Assembly: GCA_016285145.1 (NCBI GenBank)
Contig: JAEEQE010000003.1
Location: 412-64,411, forward strand
Origin: Bacteroidales bacterium
GTDB lineage: Bacteria; Bacteroidota; Bacteroidia; Bacteroidales; WCHB1-69
DNA length: 64,000 nt
Direction of reading: 5' to 3'
The notes below the pieces were generated by a model. That model was not told the DNA's origin and searched no databases. It saw only the letters and a list, made by a program, of their open reading frames with translations. Each line of letters begins with the position of its first letter. Within the stretch, counting starts at the first letter, position 1. The translations under genes were made by a program, and so were the position numbers. This document shows, piece by piece, positions 50,731-60,501 of the stretch.

Positions 50731-53027
50731 CGTAACAAAATAACTGTCCCCTCCCGGGGAATGATATCATTCGGGTTAAAGGCTCTGGAATACTGTATCT
50801 TCCACACATACACACCGGGTGGCGCCGGCGAACCGCCAAGAGTGCCGTCCCAGCCGATCTCCGTACTGTTGGTGCGGAACACGAGCTGTCCCTGACGGTT
50901 GAAAATGTCCAACTGATAGAAGTCCACGTCATTGACCTTCGGCAGAAACTCCTCGTTCTTGCCATCGCCGTTCGGCGAGAAAGCCGACGGCACGTAGAAA
51001 GCGAAATTATCCACTATGGGCAGCCAAGCCGTGGTGTCGTCCGAGCACTCGTACTGATTCGTAACCGTGAAACGCACCAGCACGTTCTTGCTCTCGCGAA
51101 GCCTGTACCGATGAATGGGGTCCTCCTCTGCCGAGGAAGTCCCGTCGCCAAAATCCCAATGATACGTGAGATTGGGCTCGGTTGATTGATTATAGAAGAA
51201 CACATCCTTGCCGTTCTGCGGATTCTCCGGCACGAAATAGAAACTCGCATGAGGGGCATCCGACGCATAGACAGATTGCTGGTATTTGGCGGAATCGATG
51301 CAACCGGGGGCGGATGCCACCCACAGTTTCACATCGTACGCGCCAGGCCGGGTAAGTACCGGACGGAAATGGGCCACATCACTGGAATCCACAATCGTAT
51401 CGTTATAGACAATGTCCCACCGGAAATCGCAGGTGTCGGGCACATTGGGGGCGGTAAGGTCGATTGTGAGCGGCATACACCCGTAGGTGGGATTGATAAC
51501 CGCTGCCGCCGTGGGCTTCTCGTGAATGGTCACCTTCACCTCAGCCGTATCCGCCAGACAACCATAACGATCGGCGGCAATCAGCTTGTAGTTACGGTTT
51601 GTCCTGACATTGGCGGCCGTCAACTTTGCATTCGGGTTTGTCAAATCGGTGGTGGGAATCCAGCGATATACCAGCGGCTCGGTGCCGCTGGACAAATTCA
51701 CACCCAACGTATCGCACACTTGGCACGCCTTGACCAGCGTATCCTTCATGACAATCGTGTCATTGCCTCTCAAATGGAAAACCAGCGTGTCAATACGCCC
51801 CGCACTCGGATATTGGGGCCAATAGTCTTCGCAGAAAATTGTGGTGATGATGATGGTAGCCTCTTTTACCTCACCTGGATCAAAATGGGCCGTATCCACA
51901 ATGGCGATATGGATTTTACGAACGGAATCGCCCTGCTGATAGTTGAACTGGTTAGTCATAGTGTTCAATTCTATCGTATTCTGTCCAATCTGGGTCGTTA
52001 CTTTATAGTCACGGCCCACCGCCGCCACACCGGGATGAGTAGCGGGAAACGAAAACCGAGCTTGGTACCGGCCGGTCCACACCGGACGCGGCAGCTTGAA
52101 CTCCACATCCACCTCGCGGCAGTTCTGCACCAATGTGTCGCCAAAGTCCGATATGTTCCATGCCGTATCCATCTTTACAGAAGGGCTGTAAAAACTGCCC
52201 TCTTCCAGAAACACAGCGGAATCATAATCCCCATCTTCAACATCCGCAATCGCCAGATGCATGTGATAATTCATACAAGCCGCTATCGTGGACGAGGCTG
52301 TCAGTTTCACCGTATATCCGTTAAATACTGGGGGTGAATTGCTGTTTTGATGAAAATATTGCGTGTTGGTCAGGATACACGGCGTTGTATATCCTGCTGC
52401 CGTACCTCCATTCACCGTATTGATGGTCACCGGCGTAACCCCATCCGGCAACAGGGCCACATTCCACGAAGTAGTTTGACCGAGCACTGGATTAAAACCT
52501 TCTATAAAAAATCCGAACACATCGTTAAAGCTTGAACAAACAAACTCTGGATATTCTTCCGAAGCAAACACATAATTGAAGGCCACCGTATCAGAAAAGG
52601 CCACAAAATCGAAATCCAAAGCGGCTCGGTCATGAAAATCATGTCCTGAGACAATAGTAGCAAGTCGTGTATCTGGAGTAGGTGTATTTTGAATAACAGT
52701 CACACCTGCCTGACTACTACTATTTTGAGTTATATTGTTTAAATTACTTGTTGTCATCACGATGCCAGATGTAATGGGAAAATTCACATTCCCTCGATTG
52801 AACGTACCAATCTGTGTATTGGAGGATATGGAACCCGATGTCGTAGTGTTGGCTCCGTATGTGAAGGTACCGTTACTCAACACCACACCATTTCCAGCCA
52901 ACTTTTGCTGTATTAAGCCGTCGGCGGTCTGTCCTGTAGCCGGGCCAGTCACGTTGAAGCCTTGGGCGTGTCCCAACGCCACACAGCACAAAAGCCCAAT
53001 TATCCAAATAAAAGTTTTAAAATTCAT
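50727..53027 (-). CDS. Surface protein with choice-of-anchor-L-like N-domain, PKD-like repeats and a T9SS type B sorting domain
   Basis: ...FNYVFASEEYPEFVCSSFNDVFGFFIEG... at the N-terminus. C-terminus ...PSAFSPNGDGKNEEF...IFNRQGQLVF...GWDG...GVYVWKI. Its stop overlaps the tex ATG (ATGA). Confidence 0.75.
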   Translation of the reverse strand: MNFKTFIWIIGLLCCVALGHAQGFNVTGPATGQTADGLIQQKLAGNGVVLSNGTFTYGANTTTSGSISSNTQIGTFNRGNVNFPITSGIVMTTSNLNNITQNSSSQAGVTVIQNTPTPDTRLATIVSGHDFHDRAALDFDFVAFSDTVAFNYVFASEEYPEFVCSSFNDVFGFFIEGFNPVLGQTTSWNVALLPDGVTPVTINTVNGGTAAGYTTPCILTNTQYFHQNSNSPPVFNGYTVKLTASSTIAACMNYHMHLAIADVEDGDYDSAVFLEEGSFYSPSVKMDTAWNISDFGDTLVQNCREVDVEFKLPRPVWTGRYQARFSFPATHPGVAAVGRDYKVTTQIGQNTIELNTMTNQFNYQQGDSVRKIHIAIVDTAHFDPGEVKEATIIITTIFCEDYWPQYPSAGRIDTLVFHLRGNDTIVMKDTLVKACQVCDTLGVNLSSGTEPLVYRWIPTTDLTNPNAKLTAANVRTNRNYKLIAADRYGCLADTAEVKVTIHEKPTAAAVINPTYGCMPLTIDLTAPNVPDTCDFRWDIVYNDTIVDSSDVAHFRPVLTRPGAYDVKLWVASAPGCIDSAKYQQSVYASDAPHASFYFVPENPQNGKDVFFYNQSTEPNLTYHWDFGDGTSSAEEDPIHRYRLRESKNVLVRFTVTNQYECSDDTTAWLPIVDNFAFYVPSAFSPNGDGKNEEFLPKVNDVDFYQLDIFNRQGQLVFRTNSTEIGWDGTLGGSPAPPGVYVWKIQYSRAFNPNDIIPREGTVILLR

Positions 53028-53038
53028 CGCGTAATTCT

Positions 53039-54562
53039 TTAGGTATGAATATCGCCAATGACCTCAATGGCGCATTCGGTCCGTTTCACCACCTCATCCA
53101 GCCCGATAAGTTCGATCATGGTGAAGAGTTCGGGACCACGGGCGGCACCCACGATGGCCAAACGCAGACTGTTCAGCACCTGCCCCATGTTAAGGCCATT
53201 ATCCTGAATATATTGCATCACCGCATCATGGGCCTGCTGTTTGTCGAAAGGCTGGACGCCTTTCAGAATGTTCAGAACGGCACGCAGGTACTCGGGCATA
53301 TTCTCTTTCCAGCGTTTCTTTATGGCCTGCGGGTCGTATTCGGTCGGGGCCGCGAAGAAATAGCATGCCTGCTCCCAGAAGTCGGGGATGAAATTCAGAC
53401 GGTCCTTGATCAGATCAATAACTTTTTTCACATAAGCCGGATCCGCCGTCACACCCTTTTCCTTCAAAATAGGCTCGAAATAGGGATAAAGCTCATCGGC
53501 GGATTTCTGGAGTATATATTCGTGATTGAACCATTTGGCCTTGTCGAGGGAGAATTTGGCGCCGGCCTTGCTGATCTTGTCTATAGAGAAATACTCTACC
53601 AATTCATCCATGTTCATCAGTTCCTGGTCGTTGCCGGGGTTCCAGCCGAGCAGGGCCAGCATATTGACCACGGCATCCGGCAAGTATCCGGATTCGCGGT
53701 AGCCGGACGAAGTCTCACCGGATTTCGGATCTTTCCACTGGAGAGGGAACACTGGGAATCCGAGGCGGTCGCCGTCGCGCTTGCTGAGCTTGCCGTTGCC
53801 GTCGGGTTTCAGCAGCAGCGGCAAATGGGCAAACTGCGGGGCCTCCCAGCCGAACGCCTTATAGAGCATCACATGGAGCGGCGCCGACGGCAGCCACTCC
53901 TCGCCACGGATCACATGGGTGATCTTCATCGTATGATCGTCCACAATGTTGGCCAGATGGTACGTAGGCATCCCGTCGGATTTATACAACACCTTGTCAT
54001 CCAATAAATTGGAATTAATAACCACTTCACCGCGGATCAAGTCTTGTACGTGGATATCGGTGTCGGCGGGGTATTTGAAGCGGACCACGTAAGGAGCGCC
54101 GGAGGCTATCCGTGCGGTCACCTCCTCGGCGGGCAGCGTCAGCGAGTTGACCATGCCCATGCGTGTGTTGGCGTCGTATTGGAAGGTTTTCTTCTGGCTT
54201 TCAGCTTCCTTGCGTTTAGCATCCAGTTGTTCGGGGGTGTCGAAGGCGTAGTAGGCCCAACCATCACGCACAAGTTGCTCGGCGTAGGGTTTGTACATGG
54301 CCTTGCGTTCCGACTGGCGGTAGGGACCGTACTCGCCGCCGATGCCCACGCCCTCGTCAAAGGGAATGCCCAACCATTGGAAGGCCTCAATGATGTAAGC
54401 CTCCGCCCCTTCCACAAAGCGGGTCTGGTCGGTATCTTCGATACGGAGCAGGAAAGTGCCGTTGTTTTTCTTGGCAAACAGGTAGTTGTACAACGCGGTG
54501 CGCACGCCGCCTATGTGTAACGGCCCCGTGGGACTGGGGGCAAATCGGACTCTTGGATTCAT
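53039..54562 (-). CDS. gltX: Glutamate--tRNA ligase
   Basis: [19 protein letters not shown] (HIGH motif) and KLSKR (KMSKS-type motif). Confidence 0.93.
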   Translation of the reverse strand: MNPRVRFAPSPTGPLHIGGVRTALYNYLFAKKNNGTFLLRIEDTDQTRFVEGAEAYIIEAFQWLGIPFDEGVGIGGEYGPYRQSERKAMYKPYAEQLVRDGWAYYAFDTPEQLDAKRKEAESQKKTFQYDANTRMGMVNSLTLPAEEVTARIASGAPYVVRFKYPADTDIHVQDLIRGEVVINSNLLDDKVLYKSDGMPTYHLANIVDDHTMKITHVIRGEEWLPSAPLHVMLYKAFGWEAPQFAHLPLLLKPDGNGKLSKRDGDRLGFPVFPLQWKDPKSGETSSGYRESGYLPDAVVNMLALLGWNPGNDQELMNMDELVEYFSIDKISKAGAKFSLDKAKWFNHEYILQKSADELYPYFEPILKEKGVTADPAYVKKVIDLIKDRLNFIPDFWEQACYFFAAPTEYDPQAIKKRWKENMPEYLRAVLNILKGVQPFDKQQAHDAVMQYIQDNGLNMGQVLNSLRLAIVGAARGPELFTMIELIGLDEVVKRTECAIEVIGDIHT

Positions 54563-54676
54563 TAGCAAATAATTATATTTAAAACATTACTACGAGGGTG
54601 CAAAGATACAATAATTTTCAAAATCCGACCTCTTAACTTTTACGAATATCATAGAACATCTTATCTTCTTTTTTCG

Positions 54677-54684
54677 TATTTTTG
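54677..54684 (+). promoter_or_regulatory. -7 promoter box TATTTTTG
   Basis: Lies 22 nt upstream of the ATG at 54706. The surrounding 23 nt match 22/23 the 36-bp repeat at 1151 and 1371. Confidence 0.55.
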
Positions 54685-54705
54685 CACCATAAAAACAAAA
54701 CGATT

Positions 54706-54951
54706 ATGGCACTTTTCAATTTTCAAAAACCCGAAACGCGCGAATTCAACTACACGCCGCGCTTCTATAAACCCGACGAGGAGGCCTCCACCGGGGATGC
54801 CCGCCGCGACTTCGCCAACGAGATCCACCGTGAGTGGAGCAGCAAACGCCGCCACGACAAGGACAAAGGAAGCATGCCCTGGATCACCATCATTTCCATG
54901 CTCTTCTTCGCCGTCGTGTTAGGATATCTGTTCTTCAAGTTCTTCTCCTGA
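54706..54951 (+). CDS. Small hypothetical protein with C-terminal TM helix
   Basis: 81 aa from the ATG at 54706. The track TTG start lies inside the promoter box. Confidence 0.5.
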   Translation: MALFNFQKPETREFNYTPRFYKPDEEASTGDARRDFANEIHREWSSKRRHDKDKGSMPWITIISMLFFAVVLGYLFFKFFS

Positions 54952-54987
54952 TGGACGTTGGCCGTTGGCTATTAGCTTTTAATTTTT

Positions 54988-55020
54988 AACTCTAAACTCT
55001 CAACTCTAAACTCTCAACTC
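54988..55020. repeat. 14-bp tandem repeat (AACTCTAAACTCTC) x2.4
   Basis: Read directly in the sequence. Same CTCTAAACT core as 27685-27722 and 10133-10164. Confidence 0.9.
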
Positions 55021-55033
55021 AAAACACCCCCTC

Positions 55034-56911
55034 ATGGACATCATCAAACTGTTACCTGAATCCGTTGCCAACCAGATTGCCGCCGGCGAGGTTGTGCAGC
55101 GGCCCGCCTCCGTGGTCAAGGAGCTGTTGGAAAACGCCATCGATGCCGGTGCCAGCGACATCCAGCTCATCATCAAGGATGCCGGGCGCACCCTCATCCA
55201 GGTGATTGACAACGGCAAGGGCATGTCCTTCAACGACGCACGCCTCTGCTTCGAGCGTCACGCCACCTCCAAGCTGCGCTGCGCCGACGACCTCTACCAT
55301 CTGACCACCAAGGGGTTCCGTGGCGAGGCCATGGCCTCCATCGCTGCCATTGCCCACGTGGAGCTCAAGACCAAACCCGCCGAGGAACCCACCGGCACCC
55401 TGCTCCTGATCGAAGGGGCCGACATCAAAGCGCACGAGATCATCGCCACCCAGGACGGCACTTCCGTGGCCGTGAAGAACCTCTTCTTCAACGTGCCCGC
55501 CCGCCGAAACTTCCTCAAATCCGACCATATCGAGATGACCCACATCGAAGAGGAATTCTACCGCGTGGCCCTCATCCACCACGACCTCAACTTCACCCTC
55601 TACCACAACGGGAAACTGCTGCTGCAACTGACCGCTTCCAACTTCAAACAGCGTATCATCAACACCTTCGGCAGCCACTTCAAGGACAAACTGTACCCCA
55701 TGGAGCAGGTCACCGACTTCATGAAAATATCCGGCTTCATCGCCAAACCTGAAAACGCCAAGAAGAAAAAAAGCGAGCAATACCTGTTCATCAACCACCG
55801 CTTCGTACGGCACAACCTCCTCAACTACGCCGTGGAGACCGCCTACAGCCAGCTCATCCCACAAGGTTACAGACCCGCTTATTTTATTGAAATTGAAATA
55901 GATCCATCCACCATTGACGTCAATGTCAGTCCCACCAAGGTGGAAGTGAAATTGCAAGACGAGAAGTTGGTGTTCGGCTTCCTCAACTCCGCCGTGCGGA
56001 AGGCCTTGGGCACCATGTCGCTGACCCCCATGCTGGAATTCGACAAGGATCCCACGTTAGAGGCTCCCGACCGGCCTGCCGGCCACGAGTTGCGTGTCCC
56101 CTCCTTGGGCATCAACCCGAACTACAATCCCTTCGACAGTGTCCCCGCCCGTCCGAGGCACAGCGACGCAGGCAGTTTCTCCGGTGGCTCGTTCAGCAAG
56201 GGCCGCCTCAACACGGAGGGCTGGGAGGACTTCCTGAAAGGCCTCTCCACCGAAACGCCGGCGCAGCCCACGGCCACCCAGCTGACCACCGAATATGAAT
56301 GCGTCTCAACATCAGAAGATTACGATACAGGAAGCCAAATCCCCGAAGAGTTGGAGTTCTTCATCGCTGAAGACCGTTATATTTTCTGCAAGCTCAACAA
56401 CCAGGCCGCCGTCGTCCATATCGCCAATGCTCGCGAGCGCATCCTGTACGACCGCTACCTTCACGCCTTGCAGCAGACGCCCATACGGGTACAGCAGAGC
56501 CTCTTCCCGAGCACCGTCACCCTCACGCCTGCGCAAACCGACCTCGCTGAATCCCTGAAAGACGATTTCCTCAAGCTCGGCTACGAGATCGAAAAGATGG
56601 ACAACACCCACATCGCCGTCAACGGCACGCCCAACGACGAAGATGAGGAGGGCAACGTGCAAGAGCTGATAGAGAAGGCTTTGGATGCCTTCAAGACCAA
56701 CCAATTCCTGTACAAGGCCGACAAGGAACGCAACATGGCCCTGTCGATGGCCCGGCAGAACAAAAGCCGCGGTCGCACCCCCCGGCAGCCCGAAGAGGTG
56801 CGTGCCCTGCTGGAAGAGCTCTTCCGCTGCGACTGTCCCGCCACCACCCCGTCCGAAAAGAGCATCATCCACTTCATCGGCGGCAACGAACTCCAACGCC
56901 GATTCGAATAA
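55034..56911 (+). CDS. mutL: DNA mismatch repair endonuclease MutL
   Basis: N-terminal GHKL ATPase block ...IAAGEVVQRPASVVKELLENAIDAG... Confidence 0.93.
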   Translation: MDIIKLLPESVANQIAAGEVVQRPASVVKELLENAIDAGASDIQLIIKDAGRTLIQVIDNGKGMSFNDARLCFERHATSKLRCADDLYHLTTKGFRGEAMASIAAIAHVELKTKPAEEPTGTLLLIEGADIKAHEIIATQDGTSVAVKNLFFNVPARRNFLKSDHIEMTHIEEEFYRVALIHHDLNFTLYHNGKLLLQLTASNFKQRIINTFGSHFKDKLYPMEQVTDFMKISGFIAKPENAKKKKSEQYLFINHRFVRHNLLNYAVETAYSQLIPQGYRPAYFIEIEIDPSTIDVNVSPTKVEVKLQDEKLVFGFLNSAVRKALGTMSLTPMLEFDKDPTLEAPDRPAGHELRVPSLGINPNYNPFDSVPARPRHSDAGSFSGGSFSKGRLNTEGWEDFLKGLSTETPAQPTATQLTTEYECVSTSEDYDTGSQIPEELEFFIAEDRYIFCKLNNQAAVVHIANARERILYDRYLHALQQTPIRVQQSLFPSTVTLTPAQTDLAESLKDDFLKLGYEIEKMDNTHIAVNGTPNDEDEEGNVQELIEKALDAFKTNQFLYKADKERNMALSMARQNKSRGRTPRQPEEVRALLEELFRCDCPATTPSEKSIIHFIGGNELQRRFE

Positions 56912-56920
56912 CGCTGCTGT

Positions 56921-57700
56921 ATGACACAGGTACAAAACAAGATACAGGTCGAGCACATCACGTTTGGGTACGAACAGCAGCCGCTGTTCGCCAACTTATC
57001 CGTCACATTTCAGGACAACGAATTCTGTGCCATCGTGGGGCCCAACGGTTCCGGCAAGACCACACTGCTCAAGTGCATAGACCGGCTGTTGCCCTTCCGC
57101 ACGGGAGACATTCTCGTCAATGGCAGTTCCATCCGCCAGCACACACCCACCGACTTAGCCAAGCTCATCTCCTACGTGCCGCAAAGTCAGGAACAGATTT
57201 TCGATGTGCCTGTCTATGACATCGTGATGATGGGGTTGTATCCCTACCAGAAAAAGTGGCAGGCAGCCCGACCCGAGGATGACGTCATTGTCCGCCAGAT
57301 GTTGGAGCGTTGTCATCTCACCCACTTGAAGGGCCGTTTTCTGCGGGAGTTGAGCGGAGGCGAGCGGCAGCGCACGCTCATCGCACGGGCCATGGCTCAG
57401 CAGACCCCCATCATGCTCCTCGACGAGCCGCTCGCCAACTTAGACGTGGCCCATCGGTACGAGATCATGGACATCCTCGCCGACCTCAACCGGCAGGGCG
57501 TGATGGTCATCATCGTCATGCACGACTTCCCCATCGCCATAGAGTACGCCACACATGCACTTCTGATGAAGGGAGGGGCCGTCCTGCAGCACGACCTCAT
57601 CCGGCGCGTGCTCACTCCTGACAATATCCGAACGGGCTTTGACCTGAACGATCAGTTTCTCATTGACGACAAGGGCCACATCTCCAAAAACATATTATAA
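56921..57700 (+). CDS. ABC transporter ATP-binding protein (FecE/BtuD-like), no adjacent permease
   Basis: GPNGSGKTT, LSGGERQR and MLLDEP. Confidence 0.8.
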   Translation: MTQVQNKIQVEHITFGYEQQPLFANLSVTFQDNEFCAIVGPNGSGKTTLLKCIDRLLPFRTGDILVNGSSIRQHTPTDLAKLISYVPQSQEQIFDVPVYDIVMMGLYPYQKKWQAARPEDDVIVRQMLERCHLTHLKGRFLRELSGGERQRTLIARAMAQQTPIMLLDEPLANLDVAHRYEIMDILADLNRQGVMVIIVMHDFPIAIEYATHALLMKGGAVLQHDLIRRVLTPDNIRTGFDLNDQFLIDDKGHISKNIL

Positions 57701-57765
57701 CACAGTTATCTTCAAACACTTGCAAAAATCCTCAATAGCAAGTAGGATTTACAGGGAAAAAATAG

Positions 57766-57773
57766 TACTTTTG
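57766..57773 (+). promoter_or_regulatory. -7 promoter box TACTTTTG for tRNA-Ser
   Basis: Lies 12 nt upstream of the tRNA 5' end. Confidence 0.6.
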
Positions 57774-57784
57774 CGCCCTCAAAA

Positions 57785-57869
57785 GGAGAGATGGCAGAGC
57801 GGTCGAATGCGGCGGTCTTGAAAACCGTTGAGGGTCACACCTCCGGGGGTTCGAATCCCTCTCTCTCCG
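57785..57869 (+). tRNA. tRNA-Ser (anticodon TGA)
   Basis: Acceptor GGAGAGA/TCTCTCC, anticodon loop CTTGAAA, long variable arm and T-loop TTCGAAT. Confidence 0.9.
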
Positions 57870-57883
57870 CAAAAAGAGAACTT

Positions 57884-57917
57884 ACGGAGTATGCGCAGCA
57901 TGCTCCGTATTTGTTTT
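57884..57917 (+). terminator. Intrinsic terminator after tRNA-Ser
   Basis: 11-bp stem ACGGAGTATGC / GCATGCTCCGT (one G.U pair) with a 3-nt loop, followed by ATTTGTTTT. Confidence 0.65.
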
Positions 57918-58034
57918 CGAGAGACAAATGCGGCAGCTCGCTGACGCATGAAGAATCGAGAAAACATACCGGCGAGCAGTAGCGAGACGGCAGTTCTCTT
58001 TTGCAAGGACGCCCGCGGCGGCGAAGGGATCTGC

Positions 58035-58055
58035 AATCCCTCTCTCTCCGCAAAA
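58035..58055 (+). repeat. 21-bp direct duplicate of the tRNA-Ser 3' end (AATCCCTCTCTCTCCGCAAAA)
   Basis: Identical to 57854-57874 (T-loop end, acceptor 3' strand and 5 flanking nt). Confidence 0.95.
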
Positions 58056-58138
58056 GTCCGAAACTCAATCAGAATCAGCAAATTACAAGCGTAGTTTGCT
58101 GATTTTTGCGTTAAAATCGGGACAGAAACGGGACAAAG

Positions 58139-59866
58139 TTATATTCTTTCTTCATCCAACGCACTCTCATCATTCATATCCGGCAACAGCGCGGCGGCCT
58201 GGTCCGTTGGCAGGGCCTCGACCTCCCGAAGTTTGCGCTTGATGGCTTTGGTTCGGGTGCCCTGAAGCTGCTCGATGGTCGCGGAAGCGGAGTCGATGTT
58301 CTTCTTGGCCTTCTCAAGGAGGTCGCCGAATTTGGAAAACTCCGTCTTGACTGCGCCCAACGTGGTCCAAACATCGTTACTTCGTTTCTCGATGGCTAAA
58401 GTGCGGAATCCCATTTGCAAACTGCTGAGCAAGGCACCTAAAGTGGTCGGACCTGTGACGAGCACGTTCCATTTGTCCCTCAGTTCCTGCGTAAGTTTCG
58501 AACGGCGGATGACCTCGGCGTAGATGTTCTCAACGGGCACAAACATGATGGCGAAGTTGGTCGTGTCGGGGACAGATATGTACTTGGTGCTGATGTCCTT
58601 CGCCATGGCCAATATGGTGTTCTCAAACTGACTGGATTTCGATTTGATTACTGCGGCGTCCCCCGTGTCTATGGCATCAACATATTGGTCATAGACATCC
58701 TTGGGAAATTTGGAATCGACAGGCAGATACACCAATCCATGGGAATCATCCTTGCCGGGCAACTTGATGGCGAACTCCACGCGTTCCGAGCTGCCAGGCA
58801 CGGTGGCCACATTCTCATCGTATTGCTCGGGAGACAGCATCTGTTCCAACAACGCCTTGAGTTGCAGTTCCCCGAAATTGCCACGCACCTTGACATTGGT
58901 GAGCGCGTTCTTCAAACCTCCCACATCGGAAGCAAGGTTCTTCATCTCGCCCAACCCTTTTTGGACGCTTTCGAGTTGCTCGCTGACCAGCTTGAAAGAC
59001 TGCCCGAGACGGTCGTTCAGGGTCTTTTGGAGTTTCTCATCAACAGTTGCCCGCATCTCATCCAACCGTTTCTCCGTCGTTTGGATCAAGTCCGACTGCC
59101 GCTTATCCATTTCGGCAAACCGCTCCTTCTGGGCCTCCACCATCTTTTCAGTGTTCTTCTCGAACCCTTCCTGAAACTTCTCGGACATCGTAGTCAGCTT
59201 TTCCTCGACGATGGAACGCAGCGCGTCAAGTTTGGCTTCCGTAGTCTTGATCAAGTCCGACTGACGTTTCTCCATCTTCTCAAAACCGGCATTCTGCGCC
59301 TCAACCGATTTATCCGTATTGGCATCGAATGTTTTGAAGAATTGCTCGAACGATTTTGTCAGCGTCGTGTTGGTGGTATCCTTCACATTTTCAAGTTTGG
59401 ACTCCATGGTGCCCACAAACTCTTTGTTGCGCTTACCCATGTCATCGAAGCCTTCCTTCTGGAAAGAATTGAGTTTTGTGACATTGTCACCGAATGCGAT
59501 TTGAAAGTCCGCAAAGGCTTTCTTTGTCTCCTCTCGCTGGTTTTTGGACGTTTCCGACGATTCTTTCCTCAACTGGCTGACATTTTCAGTGAATTCAGAG
59601 CGTAATTTGTCCACCGTGCCCGAAATCTCTTCGCGCATCTTCCCCACGTTACCCGAGAGTTCCTCCCGCATCTTTCCCATGTTGTCCGACAGTTCCTGCC
59701 GAGCACTTCTGTTCTCTTCCGAGATTTTTCCTTCCAAGCGGTCAAAGTCTTTCGAAGAGACATCCGAAGTGGTTTCTTGTCTGGAAAAGATTTTGACCAT
59801 AACGATGACGGTGCAGATGGTGCAAACCGCCACTAATGCTAAAATGATGTATATGAATGTGTTCAT
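58139..59866 (-). CDS. rmuC: DNA recombination protein RmuC with extended repetitive coiled-coil
   Basis: TM anchor, long coiled coil and a C-terminal RmuC nuclease-like domain (...LPVDSKFP...FAIMFVPVENIY...). A TATTTTTG box lies at 59908-59915 (minus strand). Confidence 0.85.
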   Translation of the reverse strand: MNTFIYIILALVAVCTICTVIVMVKIFSRQETTSDVSSKDFDRLEGKISEENRSARQELSDNMGKMREELSGNVGKMREEISGTVDKLRSEFTENVSQLRKESSETSKNQREETKKAFADFQIAFGDNVTKLNSFQKEGFDDMGKRNKEFVGTMESKLENVKDTTNTTLTKSFEQFFKTFDANTDKSVEAQNAGFEKMEKRQSDLIKTTEAKLDALRSIVEEKLTTMSEKFQEGFEKNTEKMVEAQKERFAEMDKRQSDLIQTTEKRLDEMRATVDEKLQKTLNDRLGQSFKLVSEQLESVQKGLGEMKNLASDVGGLKNALTNVKVRGNFGELQLKALLEQMLSPEQYDENVATVPGSSERVEFAIKLPGKDDSHGLVYLPVDSKFPKDVYDQYVDAIDTGDAAVIKSKSSQFENTILAMAKDISTKYISVPDTTNFAIMFVPVENIYAEVIRRSKLTQELRDKWNVLVTGPTTLGALLSSLQMGFRTLAIEKRSNDVWTTLGAVKTEFSKFGDLLEKAKKNIDSASATIEQLQGTRTKAIKRKLREVEALPTDQAAALLPDMNDESALDEERI

Positions 59867-59990
59867 AAGGGGTTTTGGTTTTGATTGATACTATTGATTT
59901 TCGGCGGCAAAAATACAACGGACAGGTTCAGGGATGGTGAACCTATTATCATTCACCTTGATTTAGAAACAATTATATATGTCTGGCCGG

Positions 59991-60014
59991 AAAAACAGGA
60001 CTAAGAAATAGTCC
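59991..60014 (-). terminator. Intrinsic terminator ending the hsdM transcription unit
   Basis: On the minus strand, GGACTA-TTTCT-TAGTCC is followed by TGTTTTT and begins 2 nt after the stop at 60016. Confidence 0.65.
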
Positions 60015-60015
60015 A

Positions 60016-60501
60016 TCACCTGCACCGCATCGCCTCAAAAAACTCAAATGCTTTGTATATCTCCGAATAGGATTCCCCGTCATGCCCGAAAGCTTTGGCC
60101 CTGGTTTTCGCCAATTCCAGCTTTCCCTCTGAGCATAAGTCTGAGACCCATTTGATGTTTTGCAAAAAAACGGACTTCTTCTCATAGTCAGGGATATATT
60201 TGGACAGTTCTTTCTCCATGGCAGCCGAGTCTTTAAAAAACCGAACGGCGCTTTTGTATTCTGTTTTCAATCTTTCTGGCCATCTTGTTTAGAGGTTGAT
60301 TTGTGGAAATGCCCCGAAGTTTCCTTGATTGTATGCTTTTTGAATAGAAGACAAGCGGTTCAAGCCCCTGAATTCAGCCAACGAATAGACATCGGTATGG
60401 CCGGAGGGGAGTTTTTCGGTAAACCACACACGGAACGGCAGCTCTATTTTACCTCTTCCAACCCCAACTCCTTCAAAAACGCATTGTGCTTCGCTTTTGT
60501 C
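60016..60501 (-). pseudogene. Disrupted ORF of unknown function downstream of hsdM
   Basis: A single reading frame of 70 + 6 + 84 codons is interrupted by one in-frame TAA (60289-60291). The first 70 codons contain no ATG. The frame opens inside the hsdM 3' end. Confidence 0.45.

Noticed and set aside
57779-58081. 100-aa and 77-aa minus-strand ORFs between tRNA-Ser and rmuC
   Set aside because: They run antisense through the tRNA gene, its terminator and the duplicated 3' end. No start context or recognisable motifs.
60287-60299. GTTTAGAGGTTGA, which contains the in-frame TAA of the disrupted ORF, resembles the GTTTAGAGTTGAG arm at 27641
   Set aside because: It is a single short, imperfect match inside a coding-like frame. 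I cannot distinguish it from chance without genome-wide counts.
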